Origin: Owenia fusiformis | Lineage: Eukaryota | Direction: 5' to 3' | Assembly (NCBI GenBank): GCA_903813345.2 | Contig: CAIIXF020000001.1 | Span: 33,542,001-33,606,000, forward strand | Length of the DNA stretch: 64,000 bases | In this document: positions 1 through 14,105 of the stretch, in pieces | Layout: every line of letters begins with the position of its first letter | How positions within the stretch are numbered: the first letter of the stretch is position 1 | Made by a program: the position numbers and the translations under genes | Notes under the pieces: model-generated | The model's input: only the letters and a program-made list of their open reading frames with translations | Databases searched by the model: none | Told to the model about the DNA's origin: nothing

Positions 1-923
1 ATTCAAAAATTCTTGTGAAAATTTTGCACTTATGGCGTTCGTGACCAACTATGAAACATTTACCCCCATAGTGTTATATATCAAAATGTACCTATTCGTA
101 TAGGGCAGGCCTGTCAACTGTCCCCCCCCCCCCCCCCCCCCCCCCGTTGACGACAACGCGAGCGTAGCGAGCGCGAAAAATGTGAGGTGTTCAAAGTTTG
201 GCAAATGTGCTCAAACTTTGGCTAAAGGTGTTTAAAAGTTGGCCAAAGGTGTTCAAAATTTGGACAAAAGTGTTCAGATTTGGACTTAGGTGTCCAACAT
301 TTTGAAGTCACTCATATTAGGTGGTCCCAAGTTGACAGCCCTGATAGGGGTTCGATTATTCTACATCAAATTATGGGGAGTCAGGTTTCTTTTCGAGATA
401 TCAGTGTCCATTTATATTTTGGAACTCGCGTTTGCTAACATTTGTTCAGTTCTGAGATGAAGGCCGTGACACGCGTAGTAAAAAGGCCAACGTTGGAACT
501 AATCGTGACATACATGCCTTTTTCCGTAATTAAAATGAAATTTGCACTCTTCCTCTTTATTTTGATACCAAACGGCATGCTAGAAGCCAACTATGGTGTT
601 ATTTGGATCAAAATCATAGTTTTATAAGTGTACTATATGCTCCTTCCAAAAGCAGTCTTCGATGATCTGATGCACTGGGAGTTCGGCAGCACTTTTCAAA
701 TTAGGTAAACTTGACTCCTCAAAAGTGCAAAAACCTTAGCTTCTTATATCACAATATAATCACAATTATTTAGCCTCGGGGATTGTTACAATTTTGAAAA
801 TTCGCGGAGGTCAAGGCCGTCATTTGCGGGAATTCGCGGGACATTGCGGGACACGCGAATAAGCCAAATTTTGGTCAAATTCGCGGGATAATCCCGCCAT
901 TCGCGGGACACTTGACAGCTCTG
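1..923 (-). mobile_element. Partial copy of the same short-form MITE (begins before the window)
   Basis: Aligns with 1442-2126 and ends TTGACAGCTCTG at 923. Confidence 0.85.
106..343. mobile_element. Small CAGGCCTGTCAAC-ended MITE with 6-bp TSD
   Basis: TSD ATAGGG (100-105, 344-349); the empty site is visible in the sister copy at ~1551. Confidence 0.85.
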
Positions 924-927
924 TGCT

Positions 928-2126
928 CAGTACTGTCAACCCCAAAAGATTTTCTCGCGGGACAGATTTTTTAGACCCAGTGCCAAAAATTTGCGGGATT
1001 TTGCGGGACATCCACCTAAATTCGCGGGATTTCGCGGGACATTTAAGGGATTTGCGTGATTGCGCTAAATAGGTAAAATTTTGATCAAATTAGCGGGATT
1101 TCGCGGGACCATTCGAAAGACAAGCACGCTAATTGCGGAACAGTTAACAGGATAACCACCAAAGACTTCATAGAGGGACAGATTTTTTAAGACAAAGTGC
1201 CCTAAATTCGCGGGATTTTGCGGGACATCCACCTTAATTTGCGGGATGCCACAGGACATTCAAGAGATTTGCGTGATTGGGGCTTAATGTAAAAGTACTC
1301 AAATCAACTTTCAGATACTGATTTATCAAATATAATGCACTTAACTTTAGTAAACGTCAACACAATTCTACACAATACGCATAGAAATATTATTAAACTA
1401 TCAAAAAAACACGCTTTAGGTGTGACGTAATCCAACACGAAATTCAAAAATTCTGAACAATACTTTGCACTTATGGCGTTCGTGACCTACTATGAAACAT
1501 TTACCCCCCCCTCCCCCCATAGTGTTATATATTAAAATGTACCTATTCATATAGGGGTTCGATTAATCTACATCAAATTATAGAGAGTCTGGTTTCTTTT
1601 CGAAATATCATTGTCCATTTATTGGAACTCACGTTTGCTAACATTTGCTCCTGAGATGAAGGCTGTGACACGCGTAGTAAAAAGGCCAATGTTGGAACTA
1701 TTCGTGACAAACATCCCAATTTTCGTAATTAAAATGAAAATGCACTCTCTTCCTCTTTATTTTGATACCAAATAACGGCATACTAGGTACTTGAGAAGCC
1801 AACTATGGAGTTATTTGGATCAAAATCACAGTTTTATGTGTATGCCCTTTCCAAAAGCAGTCTTCGATGATCGATGCACTAGGAGTTTGGCAGCACTTTT
1901 CATATTAGGTAAACTTTACTCCTCAAAAGCGAAAAAACTTAGCTTCTTATATCACAAGATAGTCACAATTATTTAGCCTCGGGGATTGTTACAATTTTGA
2001 AAATTCGCGGAGGTTAAAGCCGACATTTGCGGGACTTCGCGGGACATTGCGGGACACGCGAATTAGCCAAATTTTGATCAAATTCGCGGGAAAATCCCGC
2101 CATTCGCAGGACACTTGACAGCTCTG
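928..2126 (-). mobile_element. CAG..CTG MITE, short form without the nested MULE-like insert
   Basis: Reverse-oriented copy CAGTACTGTCAAC...TTGACAGCTCTG; head-to-tail with another copy that ends at 923. Confidence 0.85.
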
Positions 2127-3549
2127 TTTGCTGAAGAATTTGAAGTCACGCCATATTTTTTGGCGTGACAGAAAATGTCACGCAAATATACAAACGGCGA
2201 AAAAAAACATGCCCCCCCAAAATGTGTTCAAAATCTGGCAAGATGCAATACATTTTAAACCAAGGTGTTCAAAATTTGGATCAAGGTGTTCAGGTTTGGA
2301 CCAAGGTGTCCACATTTCCAAGTCACTCATGTTAGGTGTTCCCAAGTTGACAGGCCTGTATCTTCAATATTTCCACTATAGACTGTTAGATATCGATCTA
2401 AAGTTATATACCTTGTATTTTTAGTTTGATGACAGATTATCATTTTTCGTGTAAAAGGTGAGAAATCTTAAAAAGAAACAAGAAAGTTCACGGGGTTTAC
2501 GGAAAAGACCGACCACCGACCAGTCACTCTCCACAGTTGGGTCCATGAGGTGAGAGGTCGGTGCTTGGTCGGCGAGGTCGGTGCTTCGGTCCAAATGTTC
2601 CTGAATCTTATCCCCTCATTTAGAAACCAATATGAATATAAAAATGGTTTGTGATTACACATAAATTGGAAAACTATTTCAATATATCTGGTCGATGAAA
2701 ATACGAAATCAAAGCGTACAATTTGATCCTGAGCAACATCAACTACACATAATTAATCTTTCTTATAAGCAGATAAGTGTATTCTTTAGATATCAGATAT
2801 CAGATCAGCTTTATTTTCCTGTTTACAACGGGAGATTTTCAATTTTACGTTGGTGTCAACGGGAATCATTATACTCATGTTTATTGGGTACTATGCTGGC
2901 AATTTTGATTTCGATGCACAGTATCATATAGCTCCCTTATTAAACTTATCTATCTAATTGAACATTAAGCTGTCAGCATTAACATTAAAAGGTCATGTAA
3001 GGTCACGCCACTGTGTTAGAGAATACTAGCCAGCTGAAAGTTAATACCTTTTTATTAATCTTTTTAATTGCTTCTGGCGCAAGATAACTTCGAACATGCG
3101 TTTAGGCCAAAATAGCTTGGCTTAAATGCTTTCTGAAGAAAATGAATGTCATACATGTTTTAGCTTTAAATATCTTACGACACGAGCTTGTTAAAGTATG
3201 TATCATAGAAAACCAGCTATATACTCAATGACGTATTAAACGAGGATGTGTAGCCTAAGTAACGGACTAAGTAAACACTGTAACTGAACGATTGTTTATG
3301 TGAGAAAACTACATGCATTTGTATAGGACGATTTATACGTTCAAGTTGCGTACATACGTTTATATGCATTGCTTAACCTCTCCATTATCAAACTACCCGA
3401 ACGAGTAGGTCATCCAGAACTTAGTAATCAGAATGAGTGACCACGTTTTTAAAGAACGCAGAACGATCTGGACACACGGCGAACTTCAATCCTACTAGAA
3501 ACGTATTACGACGTTGTGCAGTCAGGCGTAAATTCAGGTCGTGAGTACA

Positions 3550-5486
3550 CAGAGCTGTCAAGTGTCCCGCGAATGGCGGGATTATCCCGCGAATTTGATC
3601 AAAATTAGGCTAATTCGCGTGTCCCGCATTGTCCCGCGAAGTCCCGCAAAATGTGGCTTTGACCTCCGCGAATTTCCGAAATTGTTGCAATCCCCTATAT
3701 TTTGATTATCTTATCTTATATAAGAAGCTAAGTTTTTGCACTTTTGAGGAGTAAAGTTTACCTTATTTTAAGTACCTAGCATGCTGTTGTTTGGTATCAA
3801 AATAAAGGGGAAGGGTTCAACCTTCATTTTAATTACGAAAATAGGGATGTAGGTCACAAATAGTTCCAACGTTGGCCTTTTTACTACCCGTGTGGCCTTC
3901 ATCTCAGAACTGAGCAAATGTTAGCAAACGCGAGTTACAATAAATGTACGCTGATATTTAGAAAGGGTTTGTATAAAAAACCGGGTACCGTGTAGTAAAT
4001 CCTCTATGCTGGGTTCAAACTTGGTAAACGAAAACACGAATATATAACATAATTAGAGTATGAGAAAACGTGTAAGATTTGTTTTGAATTTGCAAAAATG
4101 TATGTAACATGATTCAAAATTGAGCTAGAAGCTTCAAATAAAAAGCATATTTTAAGGCACTTTTCTTCCTCTATCGTTATGGCCATATTTTCATTGGTTA
4201 TGGGGGGGTGCGATCGCACCATCGCACCCTCTCCTGGCTACGCCTATGACATTGTAAGACATAACAATTTACAATTCAGTGGACATTTTGTCATAAATTG
4301 GGATAACTTAAATTATGATTAATAATCAAAATCTTACACGTTGCATCATGCAAATTAACATACGTCACCTCTCTGCTAAAGCAACGATAGCTATTTACAG
4401 ATTTAAATCATAATCAAAACAATTCACGTACAACATTGATTTGTCTTGTTTTTCAAATCGTCTTACACCCCCCCCCCCCTTTCATTACCAATGGAAATAT
4501 GACCAAGATGATAGAGGAAGAAAAGAGCCTTAAAATGCTTTTTATTTGAAGCTTCTAGCTCAATTTTGAAGGAAGTTACATACATTTTTGTAAATTCAAA
4601 ACAAATCTTACACGTTTTCTAATGATCTAATTATGTTGTGTATTCGTATATTTCGTTTTTTGTTTTTTTTCGACCGGGTACCAAGTTTGAACCCAGCATG
4701 GAGGATTTACTACCCGGTACCCGGTTTTTTATACAAACCCTATCTAGAAAATTAACCTCATTCCCTATAATTTGATGTAGATTAATCGAACCCCTATATC
4801 ATGGGCTTTCAATTGAAAGCCCATGCCTACAGTATATGAATAGGTTCATTTTAATATATAACATTATGGGGGTAAGCGTTTCATAGTTGGTCACGACGCC
4901 AGAAGTGCAAAGTATTGTTCCGAATTTTTGAATTTCGTGTTAGATTACGGTAATCACACCTGAAGCATGGTTTTTGTTTTTGATAAATTACAATAAAGTT
5001 TAATAATATTCCTATGCGTATTTTGTGAAATTGTGTTGACGTTTATTTAAGTTACAATGTAACGGTGCATTATATTTGATTAATCAGTATCTGAAAGTTT
5101 GATTTAAGTACTTCTACACGCTTTTACATTAGTCCCAATCACGCAAATCCCTTGAATGTCCCGGGACATCCTGCAAATTTAGGTGGATGTCCCGCGAAAT
5201 CCCGCAAATTTAGGGCACTTTGTCTAAAAAATCTGTCCCTCTATGAAGTTTTTGGTGGTACACCTGTTAACTGTCCCGCAATTAGGGTGTTTGTCTTTCG
5301 AATGGTCCCGCGAAATCCCGCGAATTTGATAAAAAAAAATCTCCTATTAGCGCAATCACGCAAATCCCTTAAATGTCCCGCAAAATCCCGCGAATTTAGT
5401 AGATGTCCCGCAAAATCCCGCGAATTTTGGGCACTGGGTCTAAAAAATCTGTCCCGCGAGAAAATCTTTAGGGGTTGACAGTACTG
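3550..5486 (+). mobile_element. CAG..CTG MITE with 6-bp TSD (hAT6-like), long composite form
   Basis: Ends CAGAGCTGTCAA...TTGACAGTACTG; subterminal TCCCGC repeats; TSD AGTACA. Confidence 0.88.
3965..4740. mobile_element. MULE-like MITE nested at the same position in all three long CAG..CTG copies (also 14520-15592, 35711-36494)
   Basis: Long TIRs GGGTTTGTA(T/G)AAAAAACCGGGTACC; 10-bp TSD TATCTAGAAA. The empty site (TATCTCGAAA on the - strand) is visible near 391-400. Confidence 0.85.
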
Positions 5487-7246
5487 AGTACACCAACCTG
5501 TTCCGTTTGCAGCTTAATTAACAAATATAGCTATCACACCAAACAAGTTGTCACTGCGTTCTTTAAAACGTTGCAGAACTGGTTTTAAACTGTGTCCGAA
5601 CTGGATGAACGTAGCTACAACTTTACGAACTTCATGGACTTGCCCGGACCGGGAATGTGATTAAGAATTTAGAATTTTTCTCTTCTGGGGGCCTTGTTAC
5701 TGTAGCCAATATTGGGACAACAGTATTGGAGTTAATGCCCGGATACGGCGAACAGACATAGGCCTACGTACGGACAGAAACAGGAATATTGTTTTCCTGT
5801 AAAATTGGTCAGTGTCAAGGCAGGTTTTTTTTCTTTTGGTTGGTCTTTTACATAGTGGTCGGTCTTTTACATATTTTTTCAAACCCTGTTTTGAGGCTAC
5901 CTATGGAAAACACCGACCGGTCGGTGGGGTCGGTCTTTTCCGTAAACCCAAGTTCACGACCTTGACATGACCTTGACGATCGCTACGTTAGCAAAATGTC
6001 ATAACAAATCTCTGAAACGTGATCCTTCATTCATTATGGACTATTTGAGATAATATTAGCTAAGTATGATGTGGGAAGCACCCATTGATAGATATTCATC
6101 GGGAGGATGCATTGATTTACAAAATGCGTTATACTTGTATATATATAATTCAATTGACGATGTGTTCAATTTTCAGAATATTTTGATGACTGGTCTAAGA
6201 GAAAAGTTCACCATATCGATACCACTCCTTTTAAGGTGGCCATTTTGGATTTTCTGTCCTAAAATTGTGTCGGTAAAGGCTTGGCTTGTTTACTCATTTC
6301 CAGTATAACGATTTGACGGATCGATTTCAAATTTTCAGGGATGATCCTTTTTATGAAAATCTAGACCTGATCACTTTTTCGGCATTCTGGGTAAATTTTA
6401 AGGTCACCATTTTGGATTTTCCATCCTAAAATATTGTCTGTTAAGTCTTGTCTACTCATTTTCAGGATAACCATCTGACGGATTGATTTCAAATTTTCAG
6501 GAATGATTTATAATATAAAAATCTACAATTGATTATTTTTTAGGCATCATGAGTAAATGTTAAGGCTCAGCTGGAAAGTAACATTTTGGTAAAAAATTGC
6601 TAAACCTGCACATGTTATTTTCTGGTACAAAATTAAGTATGAAGGCATGTATGTATTTCCTTGCTTTTTTCAGGAAAGTATCATTACATTGTCTACGTCT
6701 AGTAAACCTGAAATTAGGTCAATGGTAGCTCCTGTGTTGTCTGGAAACTTGGTAAGAAAATTTAGAAAAATATAGAAAGTGTGAAATATCAGAATTTTCT
6801 GGAGTAATTCCCATTGAACTCTTACCAGATATTCTAAAAGAACAATGTAATAGCAGCTCATCTTAAATCGTAGATTCAAAAATGTTTCGAAAAATAAATT
6901 GCGGGACATCCGTCCTTTCAATTGCTTATTCAGAAGTCTGTTTTTGCTTTTTGGTGGTATTTGTCGACAAGTGCATATATTTTAAGAAAATAGGTATGGA
7001 GAAGAAGATGTTAGGCCAAACATTGCAATAATAGCTTGGGAAAGGTAAAATGACTCCCAAATTTCCTCTATGGTCCTTATAGCCGCTTTAATTAAATAGC
7101 CATTTATTGCCTCTAATGGTGCTTCACTAATATTCGAGAAAATGGTGTTTAAGATTAATTTGTGCATGGGGTGTCCTGTTTTGCCTCAAATTGTCTCGTC
7201 TTGTCCCAGTAAGAGAAAAATACCAGCACATAAAATGAAACAGAGT

Positions 7247-9520
7247 TTATTATGTCACCACCAAAAGTGGTGACATATTGTTATGGTCTCCGTTTTTTTG
7301 CGACGGCGGTTGGCGGTTGGTGGTTGGCGTCCGGCGGTTGGCGTCCGGCGGTTGGCGTCTGTAACAATTTCTTACAACTTCCTATAACTTAACAAATACT
7401 GTTTAGACTGACTTCAATTTTTTTCTAAATCATCTACATGTTCTCAGAAGTTCAAATCTGACTTTAGATTTGACATTTGACCTTCAATGACCTTCTCAAG
7501 GTCAAAAAGGTCTTTTTTCAACTTGCTTCACATTGACTAAATTTTTTTTCAAAATCATCTACATGTTCTCAGAAATTCAAATCTGACTTTAGATTTGACA
7601 TTTGACCTTCAAATCTGACTTTAGATTTGACATTTGACCTTCAATGACCTTCTCAAGGTCAAAAAAGGTCAAAAAGGTCTGTTTTCAACTTGCTTCAAAT
7701 TGACTAAATTTTTTTTTCAAAATCATCTACGTGTTCTCAGAAATTCAAATCTGACTTAAGATTTGACTTAAGATTTGACATTTGACCTTCAATGACCTTC
7801 TCAAGGTCAAAAAATGTCAAAAAGGTCTGTTTTCAACTTGCTTCAAATTGACTAAAATTTTTTTTCAAAATCATCTACGTGTTCTCAGAAATTCAAATCT
7901 GACTTTAGATTTGACTTAAGATTTGACATTTGACTTTCAATGACCTTCTCAAAGTCAAAAAAGGTCAAAAAGGTCTTTTTTCAACTTGCTTCAAATTGAC
8001 TAAATTTTTTTTTCAAAATCATCTACATGTTCTCAGAAATTCAAATCTGACTTTAGATTTGACATTTGACCATCAATGACCTTCTCAAGGTCAAAAAAGG
8101 TCAAAAAGGTCTGTTTTCAACTTGCTTCAAATTGACTAAACTTTTTTTTCAAAATCATCTACGTGTTCTCAGAAATTCAAATCTGACTTAAGATTTGACT
8201 TAAGATTTGACATTTGACCTTCAATGACCTTTTCAAGGTCAAAAAAGGTCAAAAAGGTCTGTTTTCAACTTGCTTCAAATTGACTAAAAAATTTTTTCAA
8301 AATCATCTACATGTTCTCAGAAATTCAAATCTGACTTTAGATTTGACTTAAGATTTGACATTTGACCTTCAATGACCTTCTCAAAGTCAAAAAAGGTCAA
8401 AAAGGTCTTTTTTCAACTTGCTTCAAATTGACTAAATTTTTTTTTCAAAATCATCTACATGTTCTCAGAAATTCAAATCTGACTTTAGATTTGACATTTG
8501 ACCTTCAATGACCTTCTCAATGTCAAAAAGGTCAAAAAGGTATTTTTTCATCTTGCTTCAAATTGACTAAATTTTTTTTCAAAATCATCTACATGTTCTC
8601 AGAAATTCAAATATGACTTTAGATTTGACATTTGACCTTCAATGACCTTCTCAAGGTCAAAAAAGGTCAAAAGGTCTTTTTTCAACTTGCTTCAAATTGA
8701 CTAATTTTTTTTTTCAAAATCATCTACATGTTCTCAGAAATTCAAATCTGACTTTAGATTTGACCTTTAATGACCTTCTCAAGGTCAAAAAAGGTCAAAA
8801 AGGTCTGTTTTCAACTTGCTTCAAATTGACTAAAAAAAATTTTCAAAATCGTCTACGTGTTCTCAGAAATTCAAATCTGACTTTAGATTTGACTTAAGAT
8901 TTGACATTTGACCTTCAATGACCTTCTCAAAGTCAAAAAAGGTCAAAAAGGTCTTTTTTCAACTTGCTTCAAATTGACTAATTTTCTTTTTCAAAATCAT
9001 CTACATGTTCTCAGAAATTCAAATCTGACTTTAGATTTGACATTTGACCTTCAATGACCTTCTCAATGTCAAAAAAGTCAAAAAGGTATTTTTTCATCTT
9101 GCTTCAAATTGACTAAATTTTTTTTCAAAATCATCTACATGTTCTCAGAAATTCAAATATGACTTTAGCTTTGACATTTTACCTTCAATGACCTTCTCAA
9201 GGTCAAAAAAGGTCTTTTTTCAACTTGCTTCAAATTGACTAATTTTTTTTTCAAAATCATCTACATGTTCTCAGAAATTCAAATCTGACTTTAGATTTGA
9301 CATTTGACCTTTAATGACCTTCTCAAGGTCAAAAAAGGTCAAAAAGGTCTGTTTTCAACTTGCTTCAAATTGACCAAATTTTTTTTTCAAAATCATCTAC
9401 ATCTTTTCAGAAGTTCAAATTTGACTTTACAAGTTCACAGAAATTCAAATCTGACCTAAGTTTGAACTCATAATATTGTGAGCAGCTAGGTGGTGACATT
9501 TTGTCATGTTAATGCCTTGT
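7247..9520 (+). mobile_element. Helentron/HINE-like element carrying ~15 units of a ~125-150-bp satellite
   Basis: 5' hairpin/subTIR ATGTCACCACC-AAAA-GTGGTGACAT, GGCGGTT-type microsatellite, tandem array (AAAATCATCTACATGTTCTCAGAAATTCAAATCTGAC...), 3' subTIR GGTGGTGACAT. Confidence 0.8.
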
Positions 9521-10244
9521 CTCTCCCTGCATTTATTTGAGCAATTATGTTTATAACATAAAAAAGAATAATAATATGGTTTCATTTAACTGACATACCT
9601 TATCGTATTAATCATTGAAAAAATGTCCGTTTTGCCCCAGTCTCCCCTATGTCACTGTACGTCTGAAATACAAACATACAACCTACTATTGGATTGCAAT
9701 AAACTTGAAATAGTTTCTTGCGATGCAAGATGAATTAAGATTGAAAGAGACTCTATTGAGACTTCTCTGTGGCATTTTTTCTTTATTCCTTTTTGTTTTG
9801 AATTTTTAACACCATAACATTAACTAACTACTCAATATGCAACTTTTCACCACATAGAATTTTAAAATATTAAGTTTGAAAATGCCATTTTTATAATGGA
9901 GCTCAATGGGAAAAACTACATAATTTGAATTATTTTCAAACGTAGCGGCGCGATTTTGATAAAATTGACAGAGATAATAAATATTGGTAAGACAAAATGT
10001 TTGATGAAACATGAAGAAAATTCACCGTCCTGGTTACGCAAACTATAGAAAAATCTGAAATAATCATAAAAACCTGTAAAAATAGATTGAAGGGGTTGAT
10101 ATTCATTTTTAATGTGCCTTTCACTACTACAGGGTAACCATAATTTTGGTACTGATTTGATTTTTCAATGAAAATCATTTCTATAGTGTATAGTCAGTTT
10201 AAATAATACAATTGCTATATTTCTTTACTGAACAGTGCAATCAT

Positions 10245-11571
10245 TTATTATCCCATCGAACGAAGTTCGGAGGGATATAGGGAACGCCTCCGTCCGTCCG
10301 TCCGTCCATCCGTACGTACGTACGTCCGTCCGTCCGTACGTACGTACGTCCGTCCGTCCGTCCGTACGTACGTCCGTCCGTCCGGGCAATAACTCAAATA
10401 CCGTTGGCCCGATTTTATTCATATTTTGTATACATATACCCTATGGGGGTAGAAGTTCTGCTCGAAAGCCGATTTTCAAAATGGCCACTCATTTAAAAAT
10501 GGCGGCCATTTTAGTGCCGATTTTACAGTAATTTAGGTGCAGTATGTAAAACTGTAATAGCAATATGTTTTAAATGTAAAAAAAATTATATAGGACATTA
10601 ATAAAGCTAGAAATGTAGATATTAAAAAAGCACAAGGCAGCCATCTTGAAAAATGGCGGCCTTTTCTCGTTATTTTACGATTTTTGCTATAACTCGAAAA
10701 GTAGTGGAGCGATTTTGTTCATATTTGGTATGTGAATACTATAAGCATGGCACACTGTCTAATGACACTTTTGGTAGAAGGCGGCCATTTTGAAAAATGG
10801 TGGACATTTTGAAAAATGGCCGCCATTTTAACTTATTTTACTAAAACTCGAAAAGTAGTGGAGCGATTTTGTTCATATTTGGTATGTGAATACGTATAAG
10901 CATGGCACACTGTCTAATGACACTTTTGGTAGAGGGCGGTCATTTTTCAAAATGGCCGCCATTTTAACGTATTTTACTATAACTCGAAAAGTAGTGGAGC
11001 GATTTTGTTCATATTCGGTATGTGAATACTGTAAGCATGGCACACTGTCTAATGACACTTTTGGTAGAAGCCGGCCATTTTGAAAAATGGCGGACATTTT
11101 GAAAAATGGCGGACATTTTGAAAAATGGCTGCCATTTTAACTTATTTTACTATAACTCGAAAAGTAGTGGAGCGATTTTGTTCATATTTGGTATGTGAAT
11201 ACGTATAAGCATGGCACACTGTCTAATGCCACTTTTGGTAGAAGGCGGCCATTTTTCAAAATGGCCGCCATTTTAATGTAGTTTACCATAACTCGAAAAG
11301 TAGTGGAGCGATTTTGTTCATATTTGGTATGTGAATACTATAAGCATGGCACACTGTCTAATGAGACTTTTAGTAGAAGGCGGCCATTTTTCAAAATGGC
11401 CACCATTTTAATGTATTTTACTATAACTCGAAAAGTAGTAGAGCGATTTTGTTCATATTTGGTATGTGAATATTATAAGCATGGCACACTGTCTAATGAC
11501 ACTTTTGGTAGAAGGTGCCCCTTTTGAAAAATGTTCGATGGGATTCGCTACGCTTTGGCGTTGCCGTTGTT
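10245..11571 (+). mobile_element. HINE-like element with GTCC/GTAC microsatellite and ~130-170-bp tandem units
   Basis: subTIRs ATCCCATCGAAC / GTTCGATGGGAT, 3' hairpin ACGC-TTTG-GCGT. A 3'-half copy lies at ~11975-12460. Confidence 0.8.
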
Positions 11572-12961
11572 CTGGTTTATTTATCAACAGTAATGCAAAC
11601 TACATATTATACAGTTAGTAAAATATTTAAATAATTCTATTAAAATTAAAGCATTGAGATGATACTTGAATAATTACATATTATATTGATAGGCATATTA
11701 TATTATAGGATTTAAGCCAATGACTCAATGCATTGTAGATGATTAAATTTAACATATGTCCTGATTCTAGACTATGAACGAGGGTGGTAGTCCGAATTCA
11801 AAGCCTAGACTAGAAGACATAAGTGAATTGAAGCATCCACTATTCATTGAACCATGTGCTTTAATTCAATTTCACACATTGCAAAATATTTTTTACAATT
11901 TCACTGAACAGAATGATATTTTTTCAAAGATATGTTGTACTTTTAGAATCATTTGCTTCAAAGAATTGAACTATGGCGGCCTTTACTCGTTATTTTACGA
12001 TTTTTGCTGTAACTCGAAAAGTAGTCGAGCGATTTTGTTCATATTTGGTATATGAATACTATAAGCATGACATACTGTCTAATGACTCTTCTGGTAGAAG
12101 GCGGCCATTTTAACGTTTTTTACTATAACACGAAAAGTAGTGGAGCGATTTTGTACATATTTGGTATGTGAATACTATAAGCATGGCACACTGTCTAATG
12201 ACACTTTTGGTAGAAGGCAGCCATTTTGAAAAATGGCCGTCATTTTAACGTATTTTACTATAACTCGAAAAGTAGTAGAGCGATTTTGTTCATATTTGAT
12301 GCGTGAATACTATAAGCGTGGCACAATGTCTAATGACACTTTTGGTAGAAGGTGGTCATTTTGAAAAATGGCTGCCATTTTTGCTGTATACTTTGTTTGT
12401 AAAAAAATGCCAGCCATGGCTGTTCGATGGGATTTGCTACACTTTGGTGTTGCTGTTGTCTAGTTGAAAGATGGATGGACGGACAAATGGAGGGGTCTCT
12501 ATAGCTTATCCCCTAATCTTCGTTGGATTGAACAATTGTGAATATGGTTTGTTGGACAAATAAAACTGATTGAATGTCTAAAAGCAAATAATGAAGTGGT
12601 AATTTATTTAAAATCATTAAAATCTCAAACATGCTTGCTCTAGTCACTTAATTCCTAAATGTCCCGTAATTAGTATCTATATACCTTATTAGATGCAGTG
12701 AAGGAGTTAAATCATTGGGATATGAATAAATCATGCAAAACATATTTTGTACATATTTCTCATCATTTAGGGTTACCCAGTAGTTTACAAGCTGACCTTT
12801 GCAAAATATATTTCACTTACTATCCTCATTCGCTATCACGCTATCTAGTTTCTTTCCAAATTGGCCTGAATTGCCTGGTTTATTGGTTTTAGCGAACCGT
12901 CCATTTCGTCGAACCATCATTTTGCTAAGGTTGTTGGTGATGAATATACAATATTCAGTTA

Positions 12962-13444
12962 GGGGCGGGGTCAAAATATCAATGTTCATATGGAGACGAA
13001 AGTAATTTCGTTTGGACAACAACCCCCCCACCCCCCCCCCCTCTAGACGAAAGCTTAGGTCACTTCAAAAAAACATTGATTAATAATCGTATCCTATTTG
13101 CCGGGTTATTATTACGGTGAATTAACACACGTTCGCAATTTAACTGCATTGAACTCTTCAAAAGGAGGAGGGAAAAGTACGGAATTTATTTGAAAAATGA
13201 TCGAATTATCGTCTTTATCTACCGATATTTTGGACCTATCACACAAAAAAGCTCACGAACTATTGAAAACAAGCCTATTTATCAGAACATAGCGCCAGAA
13301 AAAGTGGGTAAGTCCAATTATTTTTTGTATATCAGATCCGAATTATCGATGTTTTTTTGGTCAACGAAAGTGCCCAAAAACCCCCTCCCCCCTCGCGAAA
13401 GTACTTTCGTCTCCATATGAACATCGATATTTTGACCCCGCCCC
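12962..13444. mobile_element. PIF/Harbinger-like MITE
   Basis: ~50-bp TIRs GGGGCGGGGTCAAAATATC...; TSD TTA. Confidence 0.85.
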
Positions 13445-14105
13445 TTACACATAACTGTACAGCAACTTTATGCAAGGGAAGGTAATTGTGTGAGAGCACA
13501 TAAAGTACACGAAGTATTGACCCACTTGTCTCAGTGAATCTTATAAACAGTGCATAAAGATTTTTCTATGCAATGATTGGCTCACAGTTACTTATAGTGT
13601 AAGTTATTTTATTTCTATACAGTGTGGAATAGAGTGTATAAACTTTTACAGTTTCAAGCAGGTTTTAGTGTTTTCTGACCAATGATATATTCAGACTTAT
13701 TCATTTCACGATTATGTAATACTGACCTACATATCTGTATAGCATATCTTTAAATAGACTCTGCATGGTGGATGGTTAAGGCGGAAATCCACCTAGGTAT
13801 ATAGGATGGCAGATTAAACAAATTTGGGGAACTCAATTAAGTTGGGACACGTATAATTGTGCCATTCCCATAAGAAGTTATGGGTTGATGTTCAGTGCAT
13901 TATTTTTTTCAAGAAATATTGGATAGTACAATATAAGAAAAATTCAATAAATAATTGGCACATTTTTGGGACAATGCTGGACATGATATTCCCAAGACAA
14001 TTATACCCTTGAACGTCATCTGTCCATCTGTGTGTCTGGACAATGATGTTTAACTGATTTTACCGATTGACTGATTTGATTCAAACTTTATACTGATGCC
14101 TTATG

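Larger units (their letters stand above)
2493..5949. mobile_element. MULE/Mutator-like element (same TIR family as 34351-35260) with nested MITE
   Basis: TIRs GGGTTTACGGAAAAGACCGACC; 9-bp TSD AAGTTCACG (2484-92, 5950-58). Confidence 0.88.

Noticed and set aside
6670..7167. Possible degraded LINE RT on the minus strand
   Set aside because: Only a faint resemblance (IRTIEE); no diagnostic motif is recoverable.
7400..9450. CRISPR-like array (also 10690-11520, 24400-25400, 56700-58070)
   Set aside because: The units are wholly repeated with no unique spacers, there are no cas genes, and the context is eukaryotic; these are satellite arrays within HINE-like elements.
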